In this document: one piece after another, positions 12,005 through 21,858 of the stretch
Layout of the letters: every line of letters begins with the position of its first letter
How positions within the stretch are numbered: position 1 is the stretch's first letter
Source: Dysgonamonadaceae bacterium
GTDB lineage: Bacteria; Bacteroidota; Bacteroidia; Bacteroidales; Dysgonomonadaceae
Assembly (NCBI GenBank): GCA_031272205.1
Contig: JAISUH010000003.1
Span: forward strand, 23,928-87,927
Direction: 5' to 3'
Length of the DNA stretch: 64,000 bases
Position numbers and translations under genes: made by a program
The notes under the pieces: model-generated
The model's input: only the letters and a program-made list of their open reading frames with translations
What the model was told of the DNA's origin: nothing
Database searches by the model: none

Positions 12005-12457
12005 TTAAAAAAACTGCATCAATTTTCCCCAACCGAAGCCGATAACAAGATATCGCAGGAATTTCCCCAAGGTCATCGACAGCATCGTTACAGGGACATT
12101 AGCCCGCATAAAACCCAACGCCACCAAAATCACATCGCCTACGGCGGGCATAAACCCGAAAAATCCCATTACGGCGCCTTTCCCTTCAAGCCACTCCTGC
12201 ATGCTATCGACTTTCTTCTTTTTTATCTTGAAATATTTTTCGAGCCACTCGGTTTTGCCGATTCGTCCCACCCCATAGCAGGTTGCTCCGCCCAAGGCAT
12301 TTCCCAACGAGGCCGTCAGGATGCAGCCCCACACATCCATACCTGCGGAAATAAGCGCGGCGAAGACCACTTCGGAGCTGAACGGGAGCACCGTCGCCGC
12401 CAAAAACGAGGCCAAAAACAACCCCAAATATCCGTATTCGGCAAATCCGTCGAGCAT
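12005..12457 (-). CDS. YqaA/DedA-like small membrane protein
   Basis: 150 aa and hydrophobic. The layout is VTT-like (FLAATVLPFSSEVV). The family call is from memory. Confidence 0.6.
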   Translation of the reverse strand: MLDGFAEYGYLGLFLASFLAATVLPFSSEVVFAALISAGMDVWGCILTASLGNALGGATCYGVGRIGKTEWLEKYFKIKKKKVDSMQEWLEGKGAVMGFFGFMPAVGDVILVALGFMRANVPVTMLSMTLGKFLRYLVIGFGWGKLMQFF

Positions 12458-12466
12458 AAATCCAAT

Positions 12467-15244
12467 CTAATGAGCTTCGAGCCAGTTTTCTCCTGCTCCG
12501 CAATCGGTTTTCAAGGGGATAATAAGCTTGTAGGCATGTTCCATCTCCTCCACGACAATGGATTTCACTGTTTCTATCTCATCGGCAGGAACGTTGAAAT
12601 TGAGTTCGTCGTGTACCTGAAGAATCATTTTGGATTTCAAGCCCTCTTTATTCAATCGGTCGAAAATGCAAACCATCGCCACCTTGATGATATCAGCCGC
12701 GCTGCCCTGAATAGGCGCATTGATGGCATTCCGTTCGGCGTATCCGCGCACGATGGCGTTTCGCGAATTGATGTCGGGGAGGAAGCGCTTGCGCCCAAGC
12801 ACGGTTTCCACATAGCCGTTTTTCTGCGCCGTTTCGATGCTTTTGTCCATGTAGCGCTTCACATCGGGATAAGTGGCGAAATATCCGTCTATCAACTCTT
12901 TAGCCTCGCTGCGCGGGATGTTCAACCGCTCCGACAACCCGAACACCGAGATGCCGTAGATGATGCCGAAATTGGCCGTCTTGGCCCTCCGCCGCATATC
13001 GTCCGTTACCTTGTCGATGGGGATGTGGTAAATTTTGGCGGCCGTTGCCGCATGAATGTCCTGCCCTTCATTGAAGGCCTCAACCATATTCTTATCGGCG
13101 CTCAAATGAGCCATGATGCGCAATTCGATTTGCGAATAGTCGGACGACAAAAACGTGCAACCCTCGTCGGGAATAAACACTTTGCGCATTTCGCGCCCGC
13201 GCTCGTCGCGGATGGGGATGTTCTGCAAGTTGGGGTTGGTGCTGCTCAGCCGCCCGGTGGCAGCCACTGTTTGATTGAACGACGTATGTATTTTCCCCGT
13301 TCTCGGGTTGATGAGCAAGGGGAAAGCGTCGATATAGGTGCTCAACAGTTTCTTGATGCCGCGCTGCTCCAAAATTTTCTCGATGACGGGGTGTTTGCTG
13401 CGCAGTTTTTCCAACTCGTCCTCGCTGGTGCTGTATTGACCGGTTTTTGTTTTTTTCGCTTTCCCGTCAATTTTCAAGCGATCGAAGAGCACCTCGCCTG
13501 TTTGCTTTGGAGAATTGATGTTAAATTCAAAACCGGCCAGTTCGGTAATCTCTTTTTCGATGGCCTGCAGTTCATCCGTCATCTGCTTCGACAGTTGCGA
13601 CAGAGCGTCCAAATCGAGGCGCACACCCGTCCATTCCATATCGGCCAGCACGTAGATAAGCGGACATTCCACATCGTGGAACAAACTTGCCAGACCGTTT
13701 TTATCGATTTCTTTCTCGAAAATATGTTTCAGTTTGAGCGTGATGTCGGCATCTTCGGCGGCGTAATCGCAAACGACCGATTTATCCACGTCGCGCATGT
13801 TTTTTTGGTTTTTACCCTTTGTTCCAATCAGTTCTTCGATATGGATGGTGCGGTACGACAGATAGATTTCGGCCATATAATCCATGTTGTGCCGCAATTC
13901 GGGATTGATGAGGTAATGCGCAATCATGGTGTCGAACAAAGCGCCCTGTACGCGGATGTCGTAATTGCGGAGCGCGAGGATGTCGTATTTGAGGTTTTGA
14001 CCTGTTTTTTCGATATGGGCGTTTTCGAAAAACGGCTTGAAGATGGCCGTTTGGCGGAAGGCTTCTTCCCGATTCGCCGAAACAGGCACGTAATAGGCCT
14101 CGCCCTCCTCGAAGGCGAAAGACAAGCCGACCAACTCGCACAGCAGCGGGTCGATATGGGTGGTCTCCGTATCGAAGCAAACCGACGATTGTGCGCAGAT
14201 TTTGTCGTTCAAGGCCTTCATCTCCTCTTCCGAATCGACCAAATGGTAGTTGTGCGGCGTGGAATGAATGTCGGAAAACGTTTCAGGACCCGTCGGTTTC
14301 GATTCTTCGTCTTGCGCTTGCGAAAACAGGTCGCCAAAGAAATCGCCCTGCGCTTTCGGTTTTTCGGGCTCGTTCTTCAATACGCGGCCGATGAGCGTGC
14401 GAAACTCCAATTCTTCGAAAATCGATTTCAAGGCCTCTTCGTTCATCGGTTTGCGGATCAAATCATCGGCTTTAATATTGACGGGAACATCGGTTTTGAT
14501 GGTCGCTAAAAATTTCGAGAACTTAATCTGTTCGCTGTTTTCTTCAATTTTTGTTTTAAGCGAACCTTTCAATTCGGCCGTGTTGGCCAGGAGGTTTTCG
14601 ATGCTGCCAAAATCGTGCAGCAGTTTTTCGGCAGTTTTCGGACCTACGCCCGGGCAGCCGGGAATATTATCGGATGCATCTCCCATTAGTCCCAGCAAAT
14701 CAATCATTTGCAAGGGTGAAGACAGATTGTATTTTTGTTTTACTTTGTCGCCGTTCAGAACATCAAAATCAGTACTCCCAAACTTAGGCTTGTAGATGAA
14801 AATATGGTCGTCGGCCAGCTGCCCGTAATCTTTGTCGGGCGTCATCATATACACGTCATATTGCGTTTTATCGGCTTGCTTGGCGACGGTGCCGATAACG
14901 TCGTCCGCCTCGTAGCCCATCACTTCCAACACGGGAATGTTGTATGCCGCAATGATTTCCTTGATGATGGGCACCGATTTTTTGATGTCTTCGGGCGTGG
15001 CTTCGCGCTGTGCTTTGTAAGCCTCGTACTCGACATGGCGAAAAGTAGGTCCCGGCGGGTCAAATGCCACGGCGATGTGTGTGGGATTTTCTTTTTTCAA
15101 CACATCTTCGAGCGTGTTCACGAATCCAAAAACGGCCGAAGTATTCAGCCCTTTGGAATTGATACGCGGGTTTTTTATAAAAGCGTAGTACGAACGGTAA
15201 ATCAATGCATAAGCATCGAGTAGAAAAAGTTTTTGTTTTGACAT
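12467..15244 (-). CDS. polA: DNA polymerase I
   Basis: 925 aa. 5'-nuclease N-terminus (LFLLDAYALIYRSYYAF), a 3'-5' exonuclease domain, and polymerase motifs (DYSQIELR, QVHDEL). Confidence 0.97.
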   Translation of the reverse strand: MSKQKLFLLDAYALIYRSYYAFIKNPRINSKGLNTSAVFGFVNTLEDVLKKENPTHIAVAFDPPGPTFRHVEYEAYKAQREATPEDIKKSVPIIKEIIAAYNIPVLEVMGYEADDVIGTVAKQADKTQYDVYMMTPDKDYGQLADDHIFIYKPKFGSTDFDVLNGDKVKQKYNLSSPLQMIDLLGLMGDASDNIPGCPGVGPKTAEKLLHDFGSIENLLANTAELKGSLKTKIEENSEQIKFSKFLATIKTDVPVNIKADDLIRKPMNEEALKSIFEELEFRTLIGRVLKNEPEKPKAQGDFFGDLFSQAQDEESKPTGPETFSDIHSTPHNYHLVDSEEEMKALNDKICAQSSVCFDTETTHIDPLLCELVGLSFAFEEGEAYYVPVSANREEAFRQTAIFKPFFENAHIEKTGQNLKYDILALRNYDIRVQGALFDTMIAHYLINPELRHNMDYMAEIYLSYRTIHIEELIGTKGKNQKNMRDVDKSVVCDYAAEDADITLKLKHIFEKEIDKNGLASLFHDVECPLIYVLADMEWTGVRLDLDALSQLSKQMTDELQAIEKEITELAGFEFNINSPKQTGEVLFDRLKIDGKAKKTKTGQYSTSEDELEKLRSKHPVIEKILEQRGIKKLLSTYIDAFPLLINPRTGKIHTSFNQTVAATGRLSSTNPNLQNIPIRDERGREMRKVFIPDEGCTFLSSDYSQIELRIMAHLSADKNMVEAFNEGQDIHAATAAKIYHIPIDKVTDDMRRRAKTANFGIIYGISVFGLSERLNIPRSEAKELIDGYFATYPDVKRYMDKSIETAQKNGYVETVLGRKRFLPDINSRNAIVRGYAERNAINAPIQGSAADIIKVAMVCIFDRLNKEGLKSKMILQVHDELNFNVPADEIETVKSIVVEEMEHAYKLIIPLKTDCGAGENWLEAH

Positions 15245-15314
15245 GTTTTTACTTGAAAGTATTTTTATGAAACGTAAAGTTACAAATAATTGTTGCTTTA
15301 AAAAGAAATATTCC

Positions 15315-15322
15315 TATTTTTG
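15315..15322 (+). promoter_or_regulatory. -7 box TATTTTTG upstream of the polyprenyl synthase gene
   Basis: TAnnTTTG match 22 nt upstream of the ATG at 15344. Confidence 0.4.
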
Positions 15323-15343
15323 TATCGTACTTATTAGAGAAGA

Positions 15344-16318
15344 ATGAATCAAAGTGAAATTATACGAGAATCGCTTCGAGAAGAATTAACCCAATTCGAC
15401 GTGTATTTGCGGCAATCCATTCGGAACGACAATCCGAGAATAATGGAGATTGTGAATCACGTGTTTAACGTAAACGGAAAACGGTTAAGACCTATCCTGG
15501 TCTTCTTGTCGGCAAAATTGTGCAGCTCCATTTCGGAGGCGACTTACCATGCTGCCGTTACGGTAGAGTTGCTTCATACGGCAACGCTCGTCCACGACGA
15601 CGTGGTGGACGAATCCTCCATGCGCCGCGGGCAACCGTCGGCAAACGCCGTTTTCGACAACAGACGCTCGGTGCTGGTAGGCGATTACATCCTTTCGTCG
15701 GCGTTGCACGAAAGCTTGAAGACGGAAAACCTCGAAGTGATTCACATCATCGCCGAATTGGGAAAAACCCTTGCCGAAGGCGAACTGAACCAATATGCCT
15801 TAGCCAATGAAATCATTATAGACGAACGGGAATACTTTAAAGTTATCGATAAAAAAACCGCCTCGTTGATGCGTGCCTGTACACAAATCGGCGCAATTAC
15901 CGCCAACGCACCCCAACCCGTCATCGAAAAATTGGGCGAATTGGGACAGAAACTCGGCATCTGTTTTCAAATTCGCGACGACATTTTCGACTATTACAAA
16001 ACCGACGTGGGAAAACCCACCGGCAACGATATACGCGAAGGAAAAATCACGCTCCCGCTCATTTACGCGCTCAATTTTGCTCCAAAAGAAATATCGGAAG
16101 AGATGAGGGCAATCATCAACCGAAAAGATTATTCGCCGGAAAACATCGAAAAACTGCACCAATTTGCCAAGCAACACGGAGGCATACAATATGCTTTCGA
16201 TAAAATGGAAGAATACCTTATTGAAGCTGAGCGGATTATTAAAGAACTTCCTTTTGGCAACGAATACAAGCAGATGATGGAATTGCTGCTGGTTTATTTG
16301 CGGGGAAGACAGTTTTGA
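15344..16318 (+). CDS. ispB: Polyprenyl diphosphate synthase (octaprenyl-type)
   Basis: Two aspartate-rich motifs, LVHDDVVDES and QIRDDIFDY. 324 aa. Confidence 0.85.
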   Translation: MNQSEIIRESLREELTQFDVYLRQSIRNDNPRIMEIVNHVFNVNGKRLRPILVFLSAKLCSSISEATYHAAVTVELLHTATLVHDDVVDESSMRRGQPSANAVFDNRRSVLVGDYILSSALHESLKTENLEVIHIIAELGKTLAEGELNQYALANEIIIDEREYFKVIDKKTASLMRACTQIGAITANAPQPVIEKLGELGQKLGICFQIRDDIFDYYKTDVGKPTGNDIREGKITLPLIYALNFAPKEISEEMRAIINRKDYSPENIEKLHQFAKQHGGIQYAFDKMEEYLIEAERIIKELPFGNEYKQMMELLLVYLRGRQF

Positions 16319-16414
16319 GGATGATCAAACAGAGTCAGATGAAAATAAATATGAATTATAATCATCTCCACCGCATCTTTACCGGCGAATATTATTTCGC
16401 AATGTGCAATTGAT

Positions 16415-17104
16415 TCAAAGCGCTTCCCCTATCGCGGCGACGCTTATCCGAATGTCCGGACATTCCAAAAGCGCATCGGCACAGGCTTCGAGGGTAGAGC
16501 CTGTTGTAATTACATCGTCAACGAGCAACAGGTGTTTCGAAACGAACGCCGAAGGATTTTCCACCGCAAAAATGCCCTTTACATTTTCCCAACGCTGTAT
16601 TTTCGATTTTTTCGTCTGCGTGGGATTGGATATTTTGCGGATGAGGTTTCCCTTGGAAACGGGTAAGCCCGTTACATCCGAAAGCCCCCGTGCTATCATT
16701 TCCGACTGGTTGTAACCCCTCTTCTTCTCTTTTTTTGGGTGCAGCGGCACGGGGACAATGGCATCGACGTTCTTCAAAAAATCACTGCCGGACAAATCGG
16801 CGCCGTAAAGCCGTCCAAGCGCAATGCCCAAGTCTTTCTTTCCGCTGTATTTCAATTGATGTATAATGGGTTGGAGCATCCCCCCGCGAGAGAACACGCA
16901 AAAAGAGGCCGCCCTCTCAAACGGGAAACGGCCGGCTAACAAAATTTCGACTTGATTCTCCGGATCTTTGAAGTTATTGGTTTTCGGTAATTTAAAAAGG
17001 CAGGAAAGGCAAACGCCCTCCTCCGTAGGGAGCAGTTTCTTGCCGCAAACCACGCAGGATTGGGGGAAGAACAAGTGGGTTATTTCTTTCAGCAAGGTAT
17101 TCAT
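16415..17104 (-). CDS. comF: ComF family protein (phosphoribosyltransferase-like)
   Basis: N-terminal Cys pairs (CVVCGK...CLSC) and a C-terminal PRTase loop LLVDDVITTGST. Confidence 0.85.
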   Translation of the reverse strand: MNTLLKEITHLFFPQSCVVCGKKLLPTEEGVCLSCLFKLPKTNNFKDPENQVEILLAGRFPFERAASFCVFSRGGMLQPIIHQLKYSGKKDLGIALGRLYGADLSGSDFLKNVDAIVPVPLHPKKEKKRGYNQSEMIARGLSDVTGLPVSKGNLIRKISNPTQTKKSKIQRWENVKGIFAVENPSAFVSKHLLLVDDVITTGSTLEACADALLECPDIRISVAAIGEAL

Positions 17105-17119
17105 TGCATAAACAAGGTT

Positions 17120-17611
17120 TTAGTTGGCGATATTTTTCAGACAGTCTAAAATCTCATCCATCGCAAAGCCTCGGTTGACGGCAAAACGAATCACCTTGTT
17201 CCGTTTTTCGTATTCCGACGCGCCTTTAATGCTATTCAGTTTATTTTTAATAAGTTGTTCCAACGACTCTTTCAATGGCTTGTCTCCAAATTCGCCCCAT
17301 ATTTTACTGATAATCTCTTGCGGAATCTGTTTTTGACGGAGGGAAAATTCGATTTTCAGCCTCCCCCATTTATTGAAACGCAGCTTGTCGCTGATGAAGC
17401 TGCGGGCAAAACGTTCATCGTCGATGTACTTGGACGATTTCAATTTTTTCAGGATGCGGGCTACGGCATCGTCCTCCAAATGCAACCGCCGCAGTTTTTG
17501 AGCGATGTCCCATCCGGCACACTCCCGCATCGAACAAATCCGCGCCATGCGCGAAAAGGCATTCGCCTCCGAAACGGGCTTTTTCGGAGTATTGTTTTTG
17601 TCGGTACTCAT
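17120..17611 (-). CDS. recX: RecX family regulator
   Basis: 163 aa of helical repeat text (KYIDDERFARSFI...). The start overlaps the prmC stop (ATGA). Confidence 0.75.
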   Translation of the reverse strand: MSTDKNNTPKKPVSEANAFSRMARICSMRECAGWDIAQKLRRLHLEDDAVARILKKLKSSKYIDDERFARSFISDKLRFNKWGRLKIEFSLRQKQIPQEIISKIWGEFGDKPLKESLEQLIKNKLNSIKGASEYEKRNKVIRFAVNRGFAMDEILDCLKNIAN

Positions 17612-18447
17612 GTTTTTTCGGCTCTAATCATACGATCGTTACGGGAAATATCTTTTTTCAACACCACGTTTTCGAATCCTTTGTCCTTTAATAATGCGAC
17701 AATCTCTTTGCCTTTGGCGCGGTTGATCTCAAAATAAAGCCGTCCTTCCGGATTCAACTGCCGAAAAGCCATATCGGCAATCGACCGATAAAAAATCAGT
17801 GCATCATTATCGGGAACAAAAAGGGCCGTGTGCGGCTCGTAATCCAATACCACTCTGTCCATGCCCGCTTTCTCCGATTCGGCTACATAAGGAGGGTTGC
17901 TGACGATGATATCGAAGGTAGGGGTTTTGTCCGCAGGAAGCAGCACGTTCCTTTCTGCAAATTCAACCTCCACGTTGTTGCGCCGGGCGTTTTCGGAGGC
18001 CGTCGCCAAGGCATCCTTTGATAAGTCCCAAGCCGTTACTTTCGCGCCGGGGATTTGTTTCGCCAAGGTAACGGCAATGCACCCGCTGCCCGTGCCGATA
18101 TCCAATATCGAAGGGTTTGTTTTGCGGTTTTCCGATAATATCCACTCGACCAACTCCTCTGTTTCGGGACGGGGAATCAGCACAGAACGGGTCACCTGAA
18201 ACGGTAAACCGTAAAATTCCGTCTCCCCCAAGATGTATTGCAGGGGCTCGTAATTCTTCAGCCGCTCGATAATATCTGCTATTTCCCGAATCGTCGAATC
18301 GGATAAATTACTAATTTTGCAGCCTGAAGGGTCAATAACAGGAGTACCCGCTGTCTTCTGCAAGATGTACTTTTTGAAAACGCGGATATCTTCCGGCGGA
18401 TAAAACCCGGTCAACTCACTCAATATGTATTCCGAAAGGTGTTGCAT
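17608..18447 (-). CDS. prmC: Release-factor glutamine N5-methyltransferase
   Basis: SAM motif ILDIGTGSGCIAV and NPPY (SNPPYV). I prefer Met22 of the ORF (MQHLSEY...) as the start, which avoids overlap with ribD. Confidence 0.88.
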   Translation of the reverse strand: MQHLSEYILSELTGFYPPEDIRVFKKYILQKTAGTPVIDPSGCKISNLSDSTIREIADIIERLKNYEPLQYILGETEFYGLPFQVTRSVLIPRPETEELVEWILSENRKTNPSILDIGTGSGCIAVTLAKQIPGAKVTAWDLSKDALATASENARRNNVEVEFAERNVLLPADKTPTFDIIVSNPPYVAESEKAGMDRVVLDYEPHTALFVPDNDALIFYRSIADMAFRQLNPEGRLYFEINRAKGKEIVALLKDKGFENVVLKKDISRNDRMIRAEKT

Positions 18448-18471
18448 AAATTTAAGACAAAGGTAAAAAAA

Positions 18472-19539
18472 ATGACGATTGACGAAAAATATATGCGCCG
18501 TTGTTTGCATTTAGCCGCCAAAGGGATCGGTTTTACGAAGCCTAACCCGATGGTCGGCGCGGTCATCGTGCACAGCGACCGGATAATAGGGGAAGGTTAC
18601 CACCGCAAATACGGAGAACCGCACGCCGAAGTAAATGCTATCATGTCTGTGAAAGACAGTTATTTACTGTCTGAGTCCACCTTGTATGTCTCATTGGAAC
18701 CCTGTTCACATTACGGCAAAACACCGCCTTGCGCCGCCTTAATCGTCTCGAAAAAAATTCCGCGCGTGGTAGTTGCCTGCTCCGACCCCAACCCCATGGT
18801 GTCCGGCAATGGCATTCAAATGATGAAGGATGCAGGAATAGACGTAAGCTTGGGGCTGTTGCAAAAAGAAGCAGAGGCCCTCAATCGGTCGTTTTTTGTC
18901 AATCAACTGTACAATCGTCCCTACATAACGCTGAAATGGGCGCAGAGCCGCGACGGATTTATCGACCACCACCGAACTTCGCTATCGGAAAATCCTCCCG
19001 TGCAACTGTCTAATAATATCACAATGAGCCTTGTACATAAACTTCGAACGGAAGTGCAGGGAATCATGGTAGGTACCAATACGGTGATGCTCGACAATCC
19101 AAGGCTGACAGCAAGAAAATGGTACGGGGAGAATCCCGTCCGCATCGCGATAGATAGGGCAGGGCTTATTCCTGCCGATTCGGCCATCTTTAACGATGAA
19201 GCCGATACTATACTATTTACTCAACGCTTGGATTATCCGACGAAAAAAAACAATTTGAAAACCATCGCCATTGATTTTGCGGACAACGTAAATCGGCAGA
19301 TTTTGGAACACCTGTATCGGGAGGGGATCTACTCCGTTATGGTTGAAGGCGGTTCTCATCTGCTCCAATCCTTCATCGATGCCGGAATGTGGGACGAGGC
19401 ATTTGTGGAAATTGCCCCGAAAAATCTCGTTTCGGGGGTGAAATCCCCCGGAATATGGTTTGCAAACAGCATTTCAAGGGATTTTTCAGGCTCCGTGCAA
19501 ATTCATTTAAAGAATGAAATATCTCGAAAATTTCTTTAA
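18472..19539 (+). CDS. ribD: Bifunctional riboflavin deaminase/reductase
   Basis: Deaminase zinc motifs HAEVNAI and PCSHYGKTPPC, plus a C-terminal reductase domain. The start is taken at MTIDEKYMRRC. Confidence 0.93.
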   Translation: MTIDEKYMRRCLHLAAKGIGFTKPNPMVGAVIVHSDRIIGEGYHRKYGEPHAEVNAIMSVKDSYLLSESTLYVSLEPCSHYGKTPPCAALIVSKKIPRVVVACSDPNPMVSGNGIQMMKDAGIDVSLGLLQKEAEALNRSFFVNQLYNRPYITLKWAQSRDGFIDHHRTSLSENPPVQLSNNITMSLVHKLRTEVQGIMVGTNTVMLDNPRLTARKWYGENPVRIAIDRAGLIPADSAIFNDEADTILFTQRLDYPTKKNNLKTIAIDFADNVNRQILEHLYREGIYSVMVEGGSHLLQSFIDAGMWDEAFVEIAPKNLVSGVKSPGIWFANSISRDFSGSVQIHLKNEISRKFL

Positions 19540-19576
19540 ATATTCAGTTTGATATGGTTAAAGCCAAAAATCTTTC

Positions 19577-19584
19577 TACTTTTG
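19577..19584 (+). promoter_or_regulatory. -7 box TACTTTTG upstream of the 19626 lipoprotein gene
   Basis: It lies inside the longer ORF alternative (19554), which supports the downstream start at 19626. Confidence 0.45.
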
Positions 19585-19625
19585 CATATCTTAAACGGGA
19601 GTGTGTGTTATATTTTGAAACAAAA

Positions 19626-20984
19626 ATGAATATAAAAACCCTTTTTCAAGGCTATATTTTTTTACTGTTGGGCGTCGCAACCTTATTGCCATCGTGTTTG
19701 GGTTCGAACGAAGATGAGTACGAATATTCGGCCGACGCGCAAATTTACAGCTTTTCGGCAACAGGAGGCACCTACGATTCCCTCAGCGTGCTGTCGAAGG
19801 CCGTTTTTACCATAGATCAGCTGTCTTCTCCCCCCAAAGTCTATACCAAAGATTCTTTGGCATACGGCTTTGAGGTGCAAAACGCATTGCTAACCATCAC
19901 GACGAGCAGTGCGCTCGGCGTGGCGCTTTATTACGGAGACAATGACAGCACCTTTGTATATAGCAGCAGTGATTCCGTCAATCTTTCGCGACTCACCAAA
20001 ATGACGGTGTATGCGAACGACGGCGTAACGACTCGCGAATACGAGTTTAAAATCAATGTGCACCAGCAGGATCCCGACACCCTCGTCTGGAAAAATATCG
20101 CCAACGGATACCTATCTGCATCCCCAATCGATGCGCACAAAACAATTGCAATAAACGATCAATTTTTTACGTATTACCTTTCCGGCACTACGATAAACGC
20201 CGTATCGGCTCCTTCGACAGATGGAAAACCATGGACGGCGGTATCTGTGAGCGGATTGCCGTCAAATACGCTCGTCTATTCGTTGCAGACCATAACGGAC
20301 AATTCCCAGCAAACGGCTTATGCGCTTACGGCCGATAACAATGTGTATAAGTCTTCCGACGGTTTGTCGTGGAGCAATGTCGCCGCAAGCTATCCGGTGG
20401 AAGCTATCTACGGAAAACTGCCTTCGATCGCCGAAGATTCCCTGATCGTGGTCGTTAAAGACGGCTCCACTCTGAAATTTGCAAAGACAAAGGATTTTTC
20501 ATCCATCAGGGTTCTCAATGCAATCCCCGGCGGATTCCCCGTACAGGACTTCTCGGCAGTATCCATGCAGGATGAAAATTCGTACACCATGAAGTATATC
20601 ATCGTGGCAGGAGGTAAAGACGCCAGCGGCGCCCAAACCAACAACACATGGGTCGTTCAGGAAAAAGACGCTTCGATAGGAGCCTTGCCGCATACGGCAA
20701 CAACCCTTTCATTACAAGGTAGCAGCCTTTTTGTTTACGACGGCAAACTGTACATGTTGACCGACGAAGGGAGCGACAGCGTGTTGTCGTATTCCAAAAA
20801 TTATGGGCTGACCTGGGATAGCGTTCCGGCAAAACAGGTATTACCCGGCAATTTCTCCCATCGGAGCTATGCGCCGGTTATCAGCGATAACAAAAATTAC
20901 ATTTGGATATTCGGCGGAGTTTCCGGCTCATCGCAACTCATAGACGTTTGGCGCGGCAGGATCAACCGTTTGGCGGTCAATTAA
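19626..20984 (+). CDS. Lipoprotein of unknown function, possible Kelch/beta-propeller C-terminal half
   Basis: MNIKTLFQGYIFLLLGVATLLPSCLGS is a lipoprotein signal. The C-terminal region has repeats such as IIVAGGKD... and IWIFGGVSG... Confidence 0.65.
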   Translation: MNIKTLFQGYIFLLLGVATLLPSCLGSNEDEYEYSADAQIYSFSATGGTYDSLSVLSKAVFTIDQLSSPPKVYTKDSLAYGFEVQNALLTITTSSALGVALYYGDNDSTFVYSSSDSVNLSRLTKMTVYANDGVTTREYEFKINVHQQDPDTLVWKNIANGYLSASPIDAHKTIAINDQFFTYYLSGTTINAVSAPSTDGKPWTAVSVSGLPSNTLVYSLQTITDNSQQTAYALTADNNVYKSSDGLSWSNVAASYPVEAIYGKLPSIAEDSLIVVVKDGSTLKFAKTKDFSSIRVLNAIPGGFPVQDFSAVSMQDENSYTMKYIIVAGGKDASGAQTNNTWVVQEKDASIGALPHTATTLSLQGSSLFVYDGKLYMLTDEGSDSVLSYSKNYGLTWDSVPAKQVLPGNFSHRSYAPVISDNKNYIWIFGGVSGSSQLIDVWRGRINRLAVN

Positions 20985-21053
20985 CGCAAATCGGGAAAAC
21001 AACGAAGCAGAAATCTTTTAAACGTTCTCAGACCAAAAAACAACGAACAAGAA

Positions 21054-21803
21054 ATGTCTTTGTTTGACAAAATAGATTCCAGACGAGTTCCCGCCCACGT
21101 TGCCATTATCATGGATGGAAACGGACGCTGGGCTAAAAGCCGCGGATTGGAACGCGCCGACGGACACAGAGAAGGTGTCGCTTCGGTGCGGAAGATTGTT
21201 GAAGCCGCCTCGAAAGTCGGTATCAAATACCTTACGGTCTATGCGTTTTCCACCGAAAATTGGAAGCGCCCGCAAAGCGAGGTTGACGCGTTGATGGATT
21301 TGATGATTTACGCCATCGTGAAAGAAACGCCCGATCTGCTGAAAAACGGCATTCGGTTACTCTGTATCGGAGACCTGAACCGACTGCCCGACAAAACGCG
21401 AGAGGCCTTGCTCGAATGTATCGATAAAACGTCGGGAGGAAATACCAGCACGCTCGTTTTGGCATTGAGCTATTCGTCGCGCTGGGAAATTGCTGAGGCC
21501 GCCAAACGAATTGCTGAGGCCGCCTGTCATCGGGAGTTGGACATCGAGTCGATTAACGAAAGCGTCTTTTCGGAATACCTGCTCACGCGCAACATCCCCG
21601 ACCCCGACCTGCTGATACGCACGGGCGGAGAACAACGCATCAGCAATTTTTTGCTGTGGCAGACGGCTTACGCCGAATTTTATTTCACCGATACCTTCTG
21701 GCCCGATTTCGGGGAGGAAAACCTCTTCGAAGCTATTATTGAATACCAGCAGCGGGAGAGGCGTTTCGGGAAGACAAGCGAACAAATTGAATCGGAAAAT
21801 TAA
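21054..21803 (+). CDS. uppS: Undecaprenyl diphosphate synthase
   Basis: HVAIIMDGNGRWA and RTGGEQRISNFLLWQ motifs. Confidence 0.95.
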   Translation: MSLFDKIDSRRVPAHVAIIMDGNGRWAKSRGLERADGHREGVASVRKIVEAASKVGIKYLTVYAFSTENWKRPQSEVDALMDLMIYAIVKETPDLLKNGIRLLCIGDLNRLPDKTREALLECIDKTSGGNTSTLVLALSYSSRWEIAEAAKRIAEAACHRELDIESINESVFSEYLLTRNIPDPDLLIRTGGEQRISNFLLWQTAYAEFYFTDTFWPDFGEENLFEAIIEYQQRERRFGKTSEQIESEN

Positions 21804-21858
21804 CAATAAAGCCTCGAATAAAGGCTTCTTGCAATTGCAAAAGAAATAAAGCAAACCA

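Noticed and set aside
12470-14509. 679-aa ORF on the plus strand
   Set aside because: It is entirely antisense to polA, whose product has unmistakable polymerase I motifs. The antisense product is a low-complexity R/F/V/G-rich string with no recognisable domain. Long antisense frames are a common artefact of codon bias.
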